Below, one piece after another: positions 1-12,800 of a stretch of DNA of 64,000 nucleotides; position 1 is the stretch's first letter; every line of letters begins with the position of its first letter. A model generated the notes under the pieces. The model saw nothing but the letters and a program-made list of their open reading frames with translations, did not search any database and was not told where the DNA came from. Made by a program: the position numbers and the translations under genes. Source of the stretch: Raillietiella orientalis (Eukaryota); contig JAYWIR010000022.1 of NCBI GenBank assembly GCA_036172245.1, positions 682,001 through 746,000 on the forward strand. Direction: 5' to 3'.

Positions 1-1724
1 AGCGTCTTACCACCCTCGAGGAGCAGCGTATCCGACGAGTACTTGTGGTGCGCATCGTGGACTGGTTGCTCCCGGTCCTTTCTCGGCTTCACGGAGGGCG
101 AGAATGCTCTGCAAAGGGCGCTAAACCTTCCCTCAAGCTACCCAGGAACTCTCCAATAGCACTTTACGCCTCCCCGCTGACACGCATAGAGTTCATGGAC
201 ATGCATAGATGATAACGGTGCTCATTTGGCTAGTAGAGAAGCGAAACCAACCACCACGCCACCCACAACCCCTTAGCAGCCCCTTAGCAGATCTCTCTGA
301 GGCAAGGTGCGGAGAAGCGATCTCCTCCTCGACGGAGAGTGGACACGCCTCGGGGCCGTTGTGGAGCCAATTCAGAATCGGCATCAGTGAGCACACTCTC
401 CGACACTCCTCGACCTCTCCCAAAGCGCTCCTTTCGACAATCTTTAGCGCGGAAGGGTCTGCTGCTCTCCTCTCTATTTGCTCACTCATTTGTCCCCCCA
501 CTCCACCGTGCCTCTGTCCCTCTCAGGAGGTCCGCCCACCTACTGCGTATGCGCCTTCCGACAAGGTCAGGGGTTCTTGAAAGTCTTTACCTGCATCCTG
601 CGGTTGAACGCCCTGGTGCGCTCGAAATGAGAATGCACAAGCGGAACGTCCACGCACTCTCCTCCTTCAGCTTTGCCTCCTTGTTTGACTAGAGACGGTC
701 GCTAAGGGAGCAGTTGGAGGCGCCGGGTTTCCTCTTGAGTTCTCGCTTGCCTCGGTGGGGGCTGCACTGCGCCTGGGAAGAATCGACGGCCGCCGTCCTT
801 GGCAAGGTCATTGAGCGCGCTCGCGATGCCGAAAGGACCGAACCATCTGCTCGTTCCTTCCTTCCGTTCCTCCGGAAGAACTCACCATTCTCATGCCGCT
901 GGGATTCACGGCAGGTTCCCGATTCGGCTCCAGTGTCGATTCGTGCAAACCTCATATGCCCAACGCAGTGTCAACATGGGCGAGGGAGGCAAGCTCCGCT
1001 TTCGTCTCTTCTCAAACCAACAGAGACGCAAAAGGCATCTTTCCAGGGAGCAGAATCCACGCGATCGATAAGTCCACGCTGCTGAAGCGAACCATCAGAA
1101 CGGTCACAAAGGAGGAGGCTCGATCTTCAGCCACGAAGATAAGAATCGGCGAAAGACTTCTGTTGGAACGAGAGTTCACATCGCAAGTGAAGGATCACCT
1201 GCTGTTGCTGTCTGTGGAAAAGGGGGCGCCGTTCATCTGCATTTGGTCGCCTTTCCCTCTGGCCTTGCTGCGGACTTGCTGACCTTCGTATGAAGCGTCA
1301 GGCACCTCTTGTCTCGTTGAGACGGGAAAAGCACGCTGTCCTGTCTGCTTTCAGCTGTCTGCATGTGCACGCGGAGTTTGTTGCCAGGCGGCGGCGGCAT
1401 CTCTCCTCATCCTCCACCTTCTTATCTCTTTTGGATTTCCAACGCATTCCTGCTTCCTTGTGTTTCTTATCTTGCCCGCCAGGAGTTTTCCGCACGAACC
1501 CCCAAGTCTTAATGCTCCTTCAGCATGCTGGGAGAAGACTGCCATTTTCGAGGACGCGTATTCCTTTTCCTCCCCCCCCTCTTCGTCTCCAGGAGGAGAT
1601 TCCATCTCTTTCAAGGGAACAGAAAACATCACTGACTCTCCTGAAAATGCTGTGCACTGTGAAAACCCATGTAAGCTGGCTTTACCCGGATCTGATGCAA
1701 GTATAACCAAAGTTCAGAAATTCC

Positions 1725-1940
1725 ATGCCCCTCTCCATCCACATTTCTGCATCCACATGAATCCTCACCCACATCTGCGAGATCACCATCCACATCTGCA
1801 CCTAAATCCATTTCCACATCGACGTTAATGTACACATCCACATCGATGTGCTACATCTAGGTGCACACCCACATCGACATCTATATGCACATCTGCGTAC
1901 TAACTGAAAATTCCACATGGCACACATGAGAACACACCTC
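1725..1940. repeat. Degenerate CCACAT/GATGTG-based minisatellite-like tract
   Basis: About a dozen irregularly spaced (C)CACAT(C) units, e.g. catccacattt, cacccacatctg, catccacatctg, ttccacatcg, catccacatcg. The minus strand reads as an Asp/Val-rich peptide (DVYINVDVEMDLGADVDGDLADV). Confidence 0.7.
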
Positions 1941-4900
1941 ATTGATCAGAATATTCACATCTTCACTTGTTTGAAATTTTCATCCGCGCTTGCATAGTAC
2001 ACCTCTGATGATGCCTGCTTTGATGCGTTCTGAATTGCGTCCACCAAACTGGGAGCTACTATACCGCTCTTCGGAAGAACGGACAGGAGCACCAAACGAT
2101 GCGGAGTGTTAACCCGTAGCATCTTTCCTCAATTAGCGATGGTACATTTGCAGCTTCAAATGATGTAAGACATATTTGTTAAGATAAATACGACGAAAGC
2201 ACCTCGTGTGCTAATAATACTTGTTGTCTTTGCATCTACCCTAACTTTTCTCTTTATAAAACGAGGGAGGGGGGGGGGAATCAGACGAAGAATATCCAAT
2301 GCAAAGACAGCTCTTGGAAGATGTGGTCCAGAAAGCGAAGCAAGTTCTGTGATACCTGAAGTTTCCTGTGGGGAGAGGCAAGAACTACTGTAAATTCTCC
2401 TCGACTTCTGCTTGCAGATGAATTGACCTAGTCTGTCCAAGAACTAACAGAACGGCTAGTCAGGGAGGCTGTCGAGCTTTGAATATCTAGAAGGAACTTG
2501 CAACAGAGGCATGAGGCTGCTGGATCCCTCCCGAGTTGTGAAGCACGAGCTGCTTCGGATGCACCAGCTCGCATTTTCGTTACACCGAAAAATCGGTACA
2601 TTCCACGTGATGATTTCGTTCTCTAGGATCTTGCAGAAGAAGCAGTAACTTTCTTAGAAAGGGGAGTCTCATGCCCATAAACGATGATTCTGGGTCTTGC
2701 CTCGTCTGTTTCGATTCACTTGGCGCCACGAGGCCTCGTCGTCCTGAATTGCCCGGCGATTCCTTTGAAGTAAAGAAAAGGGGAGGAGAAAAAAAAATAT
2801 GCAACTTTTACGATGGCCAAGGAACCCACATGAACCCGGTGGGAACGAAAGATGCTGGGAACAAAACTAAGAAAGGTCAGAAAAAGGGCAACAACAAATA
2901 ATTAGATGAATAGGGAATGAGCAAGTGAGCGCGCTCTCCGGAGGCTCGAGAGGGGAAGAGGTCGTGGGTTCGGTGGTTTCGAGCTCATCAGATCACAACT
3001 TCGGGGCTCCCTTATGCTTCACATCCCAGTTTGGGCTATTCCGTGGCCCTTTGCACAAGGGAGCGGACGATCGCCAGCGGCTCCTTGGGATGAAGGTCCC
3101 AGCAGCCTTCGGCGAGAGTAGGTGAGAATCCTCTCTTTCACTTCAAAGATCCCTGTTGGTTCCTGTGTCAGAGATCGTCAACAGAGGGGACAACCGCTGA
3201 ATCAGGGAAGGAGAACGTTCTCTGAGGAGGTGCAGCAGGGCAGCATCGTGAGCGACTGGCGACGCCAGACCGTTGGAACAACCCCGCATCCACTCATGCA
3301 GCTGAATGCTGCTGTTCCTCAGGATTGTGGGGTCTTCCCGTCACTCGACATTCCGGAGATCTCAAGCAACTCCTGGACCTGATGCTGGAAGACGCCGGCT
3401 TCGACTGGATCGAATGGCCTCACGGCAAAGAGGAGGAAAGGCAGTCCTCGCTGCTGGCAATATGCTCTTGTTAAGGGTTCCATTTACTCCCCCTCCATCT
3501 GATGGCTCCTCTGGAGTCCACTTCCTTGCTGCATTCCAGGTGTTCAGTGAACACAGGGCACACATGAGTGACTTCCTGCTGGATTCCTTTGGACCTTCTC
3601 AGGATCTTCAGGCCTTTGTTCGGATGTCTGCATGTCTTCTGAACCTCAGCTCCTTCGGTGGAGGATGTGTTGGGTCAACTAATGAACTCAGATGACGGCG
3701 CTCACTAAACATTTTCCTGCCTCGAGATTCATCCCATTATCGAACTGTAATGCTCCACAAGTTATGAGGGCCGTTGTGTATTCAGGACCCATGGAGTCCC
3801 TATTTCATCAGCGGGCGGCTCTATGTGGAGTTGTTCTGCTCAGTGTTAATGAGGGGATCAATTCACGCGTGCAAGAAAATAGGTCGTCAGGCAGGATGAT
3901 GCGAAGTTGCTATTTTTGAGCGAAAACCCAGGCGTGTCTCGAAAGGTTCAGGGGTCCTGGGACGCTTCCCTCCCACTCTCATGTTGGGTCCTTGAACTCA
4001 CGATGACCGCTGAAGTCTGCATTCTCATTGAGTGCTATGTTAGAGCATCACCGTGCTTCGCCTTGCCCGTGCATAAAGCAGCGACAACTCCGTGAACTCG
4101 CAACCAGGGAACAGGAGGAAGTCTGTTCCTCTAGGAGGTGAGCAGCTGCTCTCTGCATGCTCCCTTTCTTTTCGGATCCATTTTGGGGGGAAATGGGGAA
4201 GGAAAGACAGGAACCAATTGCAGAGAACACATCTTGGGGATTTGACCGGAGGATGCACGATTCACGATTAGTCGCATGTAAGTACTGGAGCTTTTTCGAA
4301 AGAGCCCATCGCGACCGAGAGATCAACGCTTCATTGTCACTGGAGGGCATTGGTAGCAAGGGCGCTCACTCATCGTCTGCACTGATCCGAAGACCACGGG
4401 CTATGGTCAGCGGAGAGACCGCATCTATAGAAAAGGACTCAGGCGATCTAAGGCGAGACAGGGGACTCTTGGGATGACTTCTTGCGACGTTACGCAGAGA
4501 GAGAGGGAGAGACTTCATCTAGTTCAAGCTCGGAAGGATTGCTGCGGTAGGTAGTGATGTGCGCTAATCAGCCTGCAAACGCCTTGTGGGCAGGCCGGGC
4601 AGCACGCAGCAGGCAAGCTACTGCTGGCCGATCACCTGAACGGATCCAAGAGCTTAGGATCCTTCGAGGAGGCAGAATGAAGAGGATAACAAGTGCGAAG
4701 GGAAGGGGAAGGAAAGGAGTCCCTCTCGAGCGGCAGCTTCACTTTCAGCGCAGTCACCGTCACGCGCAGGCTGAAAGCACGGAGTTTTCTTGCCGAGAAG
4801 CGTCCAGAACAGGGCGACGCCGTGCCCTTCCTTCTCGGCTGTCGCTGTGCTCCCCACCATTTCCTTGACTCGGGGATTCTTGGAGGTTCTCCAATCACCG

Positions 4901-7900
4901 CGTCGTCGAGACAACCAGATGGCCCCGTTTCTACGATTTGAGGACAAAGCTGCCCAGCATCCTACACTCATTCTCGTGGAAGAGGGAAACGGGGTCTTTT
5001 CCCGCGCAAACGAGTTGGATTCATTTTTTTCCGTGTCCTTATCCGCCGTCCGTTCCTTTCCTTCCCCTGAGGCGGGACGGTCACCTGGATCCTTGCCTGC
5101 ACATCTGGAATTCCTCGAACTTTGGAGGGAGCCGGCATCTGTGCCATTCATTTTATTTTTGCAGGAGTTTCTTCTCCTCACGTATCTCCGGCTCGACCAG
5201 AGGTGCCACGCCACCCGTCCTCACGCATGCTGCCCTGCTGAACAGGAAGACTTGCCCGTGCGGGCGGCGTCCGCAAGCAGTTAGGATAGCGCGTGCAGTA
5301 GGTCCTCGATGTGAGAAGTCCGCATCTCACGTTCTCTGTAGCTCCATGAGAAATTCTGCGTTTATCTTCCAGAGGAAGAGTAAGAGGAGGAACTAAAGAG
5401 GAGGGAAAGAAGTGGAAAGGCAAAGGAAGAGGAGGAAGAGAGGAGGGAAAAATCCGTCATCGCTGCCTAAGATCTCCAGTGCCGGAAGTCCGCTGAAGAC
5501 TCCTGTCGTATCCGTAGCTTCGGAATGACGGTGATTCATCCTGCTCTTTGCCTCTTGCACACGTCGGGGACTCGACAACAGCACTGGAAGACGCGCGACA
5601 GAAAGCAAGGGAACTATATGCAGGAAGTTCATCCCTCTCCTTCGCCGCACAGGGAGCGCCTGCTTCGGGAAGAGTGGAGCCCTCGCACCAGATGGACCGA
5701 GCACGATACCCAGCACGGCCCGAGATCCCTTGGATTTGAAGCGAGAGATGGCGGGAGCCAGTGCAGGGTGCAGCCAGATTCAAGATCCAAGAGCGCCTTC
5801 TCACCCTCGTGACCGGGAAGAACGGTGGCTGCGGATGCAGTGTCGCTCTTCCAGACCGTGGTGGCAGGGCGGTAAGAATCGCTTGGGGGAAGCTTCCAGA
5901 GAATCCTTCGATGGAGCCGAAACTGCGAGCAAAGCTTTTCGATTCTTCGTCCGAGCATCTCAGGAACAGATGCGAGTGCACTCCAAGATCGGGATGGTCA
6001 TGGACCAAGATGTGGGTGAGTAGGGCTTCGACACGACCCAAGCTCCAACCAAAACATCTCCCAGCATAACTGTCTTCAGGAAAAGATTTGCTACGTGTTC
6101 TCCAGGAGTGAAGGAGAAAGAGGGAAGGAGGAGGAGGAGGAAGGGAGGGAGGGAGGAGAAAAAGATTCGGCATCCGAAGAACCAAAAACGAGTGACGCAA
6201 GTGAAGGTGGTCAATAGGGAGGACTACGCGCCATTCCGGAAGTTTGCCAGGGGTCGCTCGGGAAGCGCCTTTTTTCAGGTCGGCCTAGAGACACGCGTTG
6301 CTGTGGGTGAGCGCATCGAGCTGACCGAGAGATTCGAGCTCGCCGTGCCGAGTGAAGTGCATGACGGATGCCGGGAAGGAACGATGCAGCGGATACTCGA
6401 CCAAATGCCAGCAGACAAATGCACTGAGTCTTGGATCGGACGCGAGGGTGTTCCTCTCAGAAGGCAGCTGGAAGGGATTTCGAGCCGGTCAGGAGGCAGA
6501 CCTCCCTAGGGGACATCGCCTGGATCCCAGACTTCCCTGTCGGCGCGAGCGGGATGAGAAATCCTGAGTACGATGCGGTACATGGCACACAAGCCGACTG
6601 GGTCGGGTGGGATCGGAGGAGAGTCATCTGGTGCAGTGGGTCCAGTGAGGAACGCAGTCCTCGGCGAAGGCGCCTGCGGGCGGAAGCGGGGAAAGCGGAC
6701 GAAACCGCGAGGACGCTTTAGCTGGAGCGCTCTTCCCAGGATGTGGCAAAATAGGGCGCCTGCACCGACCCGCACCGGACTTTTCCATCATAAAAAAGCA
6801 GTAGGGAAGAAGCAGAGAGAAGTTTCAGCCGCTTCACCCGTCGACCCACCGAGCGCGCAGAAATGCGTGACACGTCTCGCAAGCTGTCCCGGAGGGTGTC
6901 TGGACTTCGCGGAGGAGACCTTTGCTCGGGACTGGATGCGCAGGAGGGAAAAGTCCGTTCAGATTCAGGTCCCCGTGAGAGTCCAGCGTGAGCTCGCCGG
7001 TGCCGCGGAACTGCGTCCGCGCCATCTCCTCGGCCACCTCTTCAAGCGCAGTGATCCTCCCCCTGTCTGTTGGTCATGCACTTCGAGCGCCGCGCGGGAT
7101 TCGATCCCAGGGAGGTTTGCAGGAGAGACAACGGCACGTTCCGTCCGCGTCTTCTCGGCGCATCCAAGGGAAGAAGGACAAAAGGGCAGCGTCCATCCTG
7201 CCTGCCGATTGAGGATTCCGGCGGGCGGCTCCGTTTGTCTGGAAGCCCGAACCCTCCCCCCCAATCAGGCGTAAAAAAAAAAATCTTCCTCTTCTGGGGT
7301 GCTTGCGCGGCCGGCGGCCGAGAGATCTCTGAAGCGCCGCGGATCAGGAAGTGCGGAAAGCTCTATGTAAGCCCCATAGATGGGCAGCTGCTCCTTGCGA
7401 TGCCTCCGGGTGCGTCCGTTCCCACAAGGGGGCCCTTCGTGGGAGCGCAGGTGGCTCCTCCGAAAGCCCATCCGCTTTCAACTAGGGAGGGTCACCCGCA
7501 GGCGTCTCCGCGGTTGCTGGAAGCTGAATTGACCACAACGCTTTCTCATCTAGGAATCACTCCGGTTCTTCCTCGAGGCGATCCCGTGCCTTTTCTCCCC
7601 GTCCTTCCTCCTCATCCCTCTTGACTCTGCGGCTCCCGCTTGGCAGAGGCACCAGTTTCCTTCCAAGGCCTCGAAGATCGCCTCCCAGAGATTCCGGAAC
7701 TTTGCAGGAACGGCGCAGTCGAACACCTCGTGGCTGCAGCGCCATTCCTGTAAAAGCTTGCCGGGATCGAGTCCGTGCCTAGGAAGGTGCTCCTGGAATA
7801 CCAGGGCTGCGCTTTTTCCACAGCTTCCTCGTTTCCTCTCGGTCATGTCGAGAGGTCGGTCCGTCCCATTCCTCATTTATTTATTTATTCCTTGTGCCTC

Positions 7901-8659
7901 CCTCCCCTTCATCACCCTCTATTCCTCCCTCGTTCTTTCTCCCCTCCGAAGGTGGTCAGTTTGCGTCCGTGACGACTCACATCGGTTACTTGACCGTTTT
8001 TATTTTGATGCATTCGATTCATTTCGAAGAAATGATTATCCGGGATGAGAAGCTCACGTCGGGGTGTCTGTTTAGAAACAAACAAACAAGTCGGGAATGG
8101 CGTTCCGGAAACAGGGGGAAAAAAAAAAGGAAGTCCAGAGAAAGAGTCCGCTGACATGCAAACTGAGGTGGTCCGAGCAGGAGGGAAGGAGGACAACAAA
8201 CAGGTGAAGAAGGAGCGGGTGGGGACAGGGGTCACTGGATGCGGCCGACCCCTCTCTCTCAGCAGCCGGAGCAGGATGCAGACTATCGCCGGTTCGACTT
8301 CTCCCTGCAGGTGGCATCACCTCGTGACAGCAGTCCTCGTGCGGGCGGGCGACCACCCTGCGCCGCTCCCAACGGATTGCGGCGTGTGGCGGACTGTGAC
8401 GGGATGGCGTCCCGTCGCCATCAAGGAGCCTGCCGGGAACCCGCCGCACGCGCCGAGTAGCTCGCGGGGAAGTTCCCGGACTGCTCCTCTTCTCCTGTCC
8501 CTCAGCGCAGAGCATATCCAGGAACAGGCTGCCCACCTTTCTCCTGACTCGCTGCAGCGAGATCGCTTCCCCCCCCGTGAGAGCGTATGCCGGGGAATCT
8601 GGATTGGTTCTCGCTGGAAACAGGGTTCCGCGCTCTCAGGATCGCTCTTGCGGGACCAG

Positions 8660-8822
8660 CAGTGACTGAAGGATTCGTATTCGAGCTCGGGGAAACCTGC
8701 CAGGATTGATCGGTACTGCTCTGAGCAACCGGTGAACCGTTTCGCACGCGATCCCCAGGAGAGGCTTCTGCCATCTCGTGGGTGCGCTGCTGCTGTCAGT
8801 CCCGTCATCCTAGGTGAACTCT
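8660..8822 (+). pseudogene. Possible remnant of a LINE APE-type endonuclease C-terminal part
   Basis: The frame reads DSYSSSGKPARIDRYCS...SPVIL, resembling the (S)RIDR and SDHxPV region of EN domains. The catalytic SDH is not recognisable, so support is weak. Confidence 0.25.
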
Positions 8823-8983
8823 TTGACGGGGGAAGAATTTCTGAAGTTATCTCAGGTACAAACGGCGAGTCCGAAGATGGATTGGGCGTGTCAAGGGTAC
8901 CGGAGCCGGGTATCGCACTTTCCTTCTGAGCCTGGAAAACACCCTGGACACTTGTTGGAATCCCCCGGTGGATTTTCTTGGAG

Positions 8984-9800
8984 TTTTTCACCCGGTCACC
9001 CCGGGGCGAATATTTTATAAAAAATAAACCAGTCGGGAATGCAGTGTCCAACCGAATGCAAAAAGAGTTTGAAGGGAAGGTCCGACGACACGCAGGGCGG
9101 GATAACGAAAAGTTCGGAACGGGGGAGGGAAGTGGGGACAACAACAAAAATAAAAAAAATCCTGTGGAACGGGACAAGCATGTGCAATGTGATTAAAAAA
9201 AAAACAAAAAAACACCAGGGAAGTTACAAAGCGGAGGGGGATGGGGAATGAAAAAAGTAAAATAAAATAAACGGAGGAAGGGGACGTGTGGCACCGGAGT
9301 CCGCTGTTCCTGGTTATCTTCAAACCGGCGCTGGATGCCAGCAATCTCCTCCACTTCCAAAGGGTGAGGTCACCTTGCTGCCGTCTTCATAAAGGCGGCT
9401 GCCGTCCCGGTGACCTCCTTTCGCTGCGTGGTTGTCTCGAGCATGGAGACGCATGGAACATGGAGGGCTGTGACGATGGCGCGGATGCAACCCATGGTTG
9501 CGGCTACCACGCACCCGCCGAGAGTCTTCCCGGAGCGAAGAACCGTCGCAGCACGTCTTGGGCTGTGTCCTGGTGCAGGAGTGCTGCAGCCATCCTCTGC
9601 CACAGTTCCTGGAGGGCACCGCAGTCCTGAAACAGGTGGGAGGTGACCCCAGCTACCCGTATCTGGAGCAACAGCTCAGGGATGCAGCCCTTGCGGAAGC
9701 TCGGTATGGACGTTCGTTGCACCAGAATCCTCGGTGGAGGAAGAGCAGCATGGCCTGTTTCTTGATCTGATTTTCTTGGAGTCGTCCAATTCCAGGTGTG
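8984..9800 (-). mobile_element. Non-LTR retrotransposon 3' fragment, subfamily B (zf-RVT, C-terminus, 3' UTR), decayed; may extend to about 10200
   Basis: Frameshifted peptides KQAMLLFLHRGFWCNER / SHLFQDCGALQELWQR...AQDVLRRFF / CIRAIV...FMKTAAR*PH. Followed by a T-rich UTR, CCTGCGTG at 9096-9089 and a terminal hairpin at 8991-9005. Confidence 0.85.
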
Positions 9801-12800
9801 CAAATTGTTCTGCACAAGGGAGGCGGGATTTCCCCCCATTCCTGATCGAATTTTGAGACTGTCCCTCCCTTTGTGGGGATGTGACCGATCTCCGAAGGAA
9901 GGAGGGATTGTTCTTGTAGGACCGTCACACTTTGGACACATCTCCCTATGAATGGGGGGAAGAGAAGCACTCCTGGTTCATCCTCTCCTTGGTCACAAAC
10001 TTTTGGATAGGCTCCTCTCTCCTTTTCGGAGCACGAGTGTTGCAAGCTGTTACTTGATCCTCGGGATTCGGGTCATGGGGTCCAAGAGCAGGTCAGACCT
10101 GGGCGAGGGATTCACCGCCAAAGACTGCCATTCCACCATCCGTTTTCCCAGCTTGAAGTGGCACCTTTATCACCACATCTCGGCATGCGCTTTCCAGTTG
10201 TGTCATCAAAGATTCGCTCCCCTGTAAGACCCGGAAATCAAGTTCTCCGCTCTCCTTTGGAGGACGTCCAAGTACAATTGGGTTTTTGGATCTTTACTTG
10301 GAAAAGACAAACAAACATACAAAGGAAAAAAAGCCCCAGGCATCAAGCTAACATTTCTTTGGCATCCGAAATTTGCCAATGGGATTTCACGAGTTTCGCG
10401 TTTACGCAGCATCCTCAATATTTGCATTGCAAACGTGCATATAATTGTTAAAAGTCATCAATTAAATGATTCCACTCTCTTCACTTAATTTTTAAAGATT
10501 TTCATCGATTGCACTCTCCCAGCATCTTCTGCTGACCTGCACCACATATTATGGAACATTCTACACAACTGTAGTTTCCACATATGAGGGGTACACATAT
10601 GAAAGCGTATCCCTCACCGCCTTGTGCGTAGGTGACAACCTCAACTGCCCCTGACCTGTGGATGTTCCGCTTCAAAAATAAATTTTCCGTAGTAAATGAG
10701 GAAGGGCACTTGGTGTGTCGATTTTTCTCGGGTAAGACACTCCTGGATTCTCTATAGATAAAGTATAGCTCCCACGCATTTTCTTAGGGCAGCAGAGACG
10801 CAGGGCTTTCTGTGTCCACTTTCTGGTAAATGACGTTCTTCCTAGGTGCAATCAGTGCACCCTGGCCCTGAAGCAACCGGAGTGTTCTGAAGTCGTGACT
10901 TTTTTGCCGTTTGGAAGAGGTAGCTTTCGGTGACGCGGAATTTCAGCCTTCGCGCCTTCAAGGGCATTTTTCTTTCCAGACGTACCCCGATGGAAAAAAC
11001 AGTGAAGCAGTGGAATTCCTGGTAATGTATTCATGGTATCTTTCAAGAAAATATGCTTTTGGGTATTGAATCCCTGCTAATGGGAGCTCAAACTAGGCTG
11101 CTCTAGACCCTGGTGACGAGTCAGGATTGGAAACGGACTGCGCATTCACTTTAGATTAGGTTCCATGATTCCGTGGAAAACCCTCAGAACATGGGTTTCC
11201 GGGATCCGTTTCGTGCGTCACCAACTCTTCCTCCGCCTATTGGGATAAGCTCAGACAAAGATGCAGCCTCAGCCAAAAAAAAAAAAAGAAAACACTCGCC
11301 CACTCGGACACTACCCTTTTTTATTTATCGAGCAAATGTTTGAGAGCAGAGGAGCAGCTTGCAGCGCTGGGAATGGCCGTTCCTCAACGGACGGGCCAAC
11401 ATTCCCGTCCGCTGAAGGAGATTCCCGATTACCGGGTTTTTGATTATAGTCGCGGATTGGATTCATCAAGGGGTCGATCAGCGAGCTATTCTGATGCATC
11501 GAATGGGATGGAACGGCTCTTGATCGAAAAGATGGCTCATGAATCGGATAAAACGGCAGCGATCGTTCGCCTTCTGATAATGAGGTTTGAATTCGTGCAA
11601 ATAATGGAAAAGGATTCGCCGCTAATCGCCATGTCTGCGCCAGCTCTGTGGCTCGTCGCAACCACTACGGGGACCGATCCGAAGCTCCCAGTGTTCACGT
11701 CTGGCTCTTCCCGGCAAGCGGTGCAGTTTGCAAAATGTCTTTCGGGTTCTGAAGGATCGTGCTCTGTAGGCAGGGGCGAACACTTCTGACGAGCGAAGGT
11801 GACCTCGACATTCGCACTTGTTTGTTCACCTTCTGATCGAGTCGCCAAACCTGAAAATCTAGGAGGGTAGTGGTCAGCTCGCGTGAGGATGGAAGTGCGC
11901 CCGCCAACTCGTGTGTGCCGCCCTCTTCACTCGGGGGACGGCGTTTCTAGAGACAGCTCCCTCCTCAAGGCCATCTGAAACCGGTTTTCTCCCACGAGGA
12001 GGCTAGAGCAAAGAGTCCCTCCTGCCCCTACGAGACCACCTGATCGCTGGGTTCTGGAGGACTTCCTCAGATTCAGCCGCTCGGTTGCCATCGAGAGTGC
12101 TGACGGTTCGCATGTGTGCTGAATCACCGTCTAGATGAAAGCAAGGATGCCGAGTGAGAACAGCAGTGCCGGGAAATATGCCTGGGGCTGTGAAGATGCG
12201 TGCTCAGAACAGCAGTTTTTGGATCTTATTACTGTGGTGACGACGCGCAAGCAGATCTTTCCTCTGCCTAACGAAGGAGTGATCGTGGATAAGTTTTGCC
12301 CACACCTACTAGGACGCAAGAGTTGAGGAATTGGTTCCAGAGAATCATGGCGGCGGCTTCCCGAAGAACTCCGCATGTCAACTTATGAGCCACCGGGAGG
12401 CTTTGGGAGATATCCAAGAGCGTGGACAGATGCACTGTTGAAGAAGGTCAGAGGCAGAGTAAACCAAATCGTTCCTAACAGCCACCCTACCTCTCCCTTC
12501 CTTGTTCCCGCCTGCTGCTTGGAGATTTTTTCGAGCTGCCGTCATCTGCGCATGCATTTGCTTCTGTAGGCGACCTCTTCGAGTATTGGGAGCAGCATCC
12601 GCAGAGATCTGATCACCAAGGGGAAGGGGGGTGAGGACGAAGGATTTCCTCGAAGGCGCGACGGTATCGTGTACTCGTCGCACTGACACGCGCTTGCGTG
12701 CCCTCGGGTTCATTGCTGTGAGGAGTAAGGAGGTGAGGAACGGTGCTCTTGCAAGGGTTTCGCTGCATTCGCACACCCTGCAATCCAGTTTCCCAGGAAG

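Noticed and set aside
6200..6420. Faint peptide resemblance between the 6.2-kb, 25.8-kb and 28.1-kb GC-rich blocks (FQV.L; R..L..RF)
   Set aside because: Too short to distinguish from chance without a profile search.
7550..8130. Possible additional zf-RVT relic (KSAALVFQEHLP...HEVFDC...NLWEAI, minus) and a UTR-like tract ending in A10 (plus)
   Set aside because: The CxxC pair is missing, and I could not align the nucleotides to the other copies with confidence.
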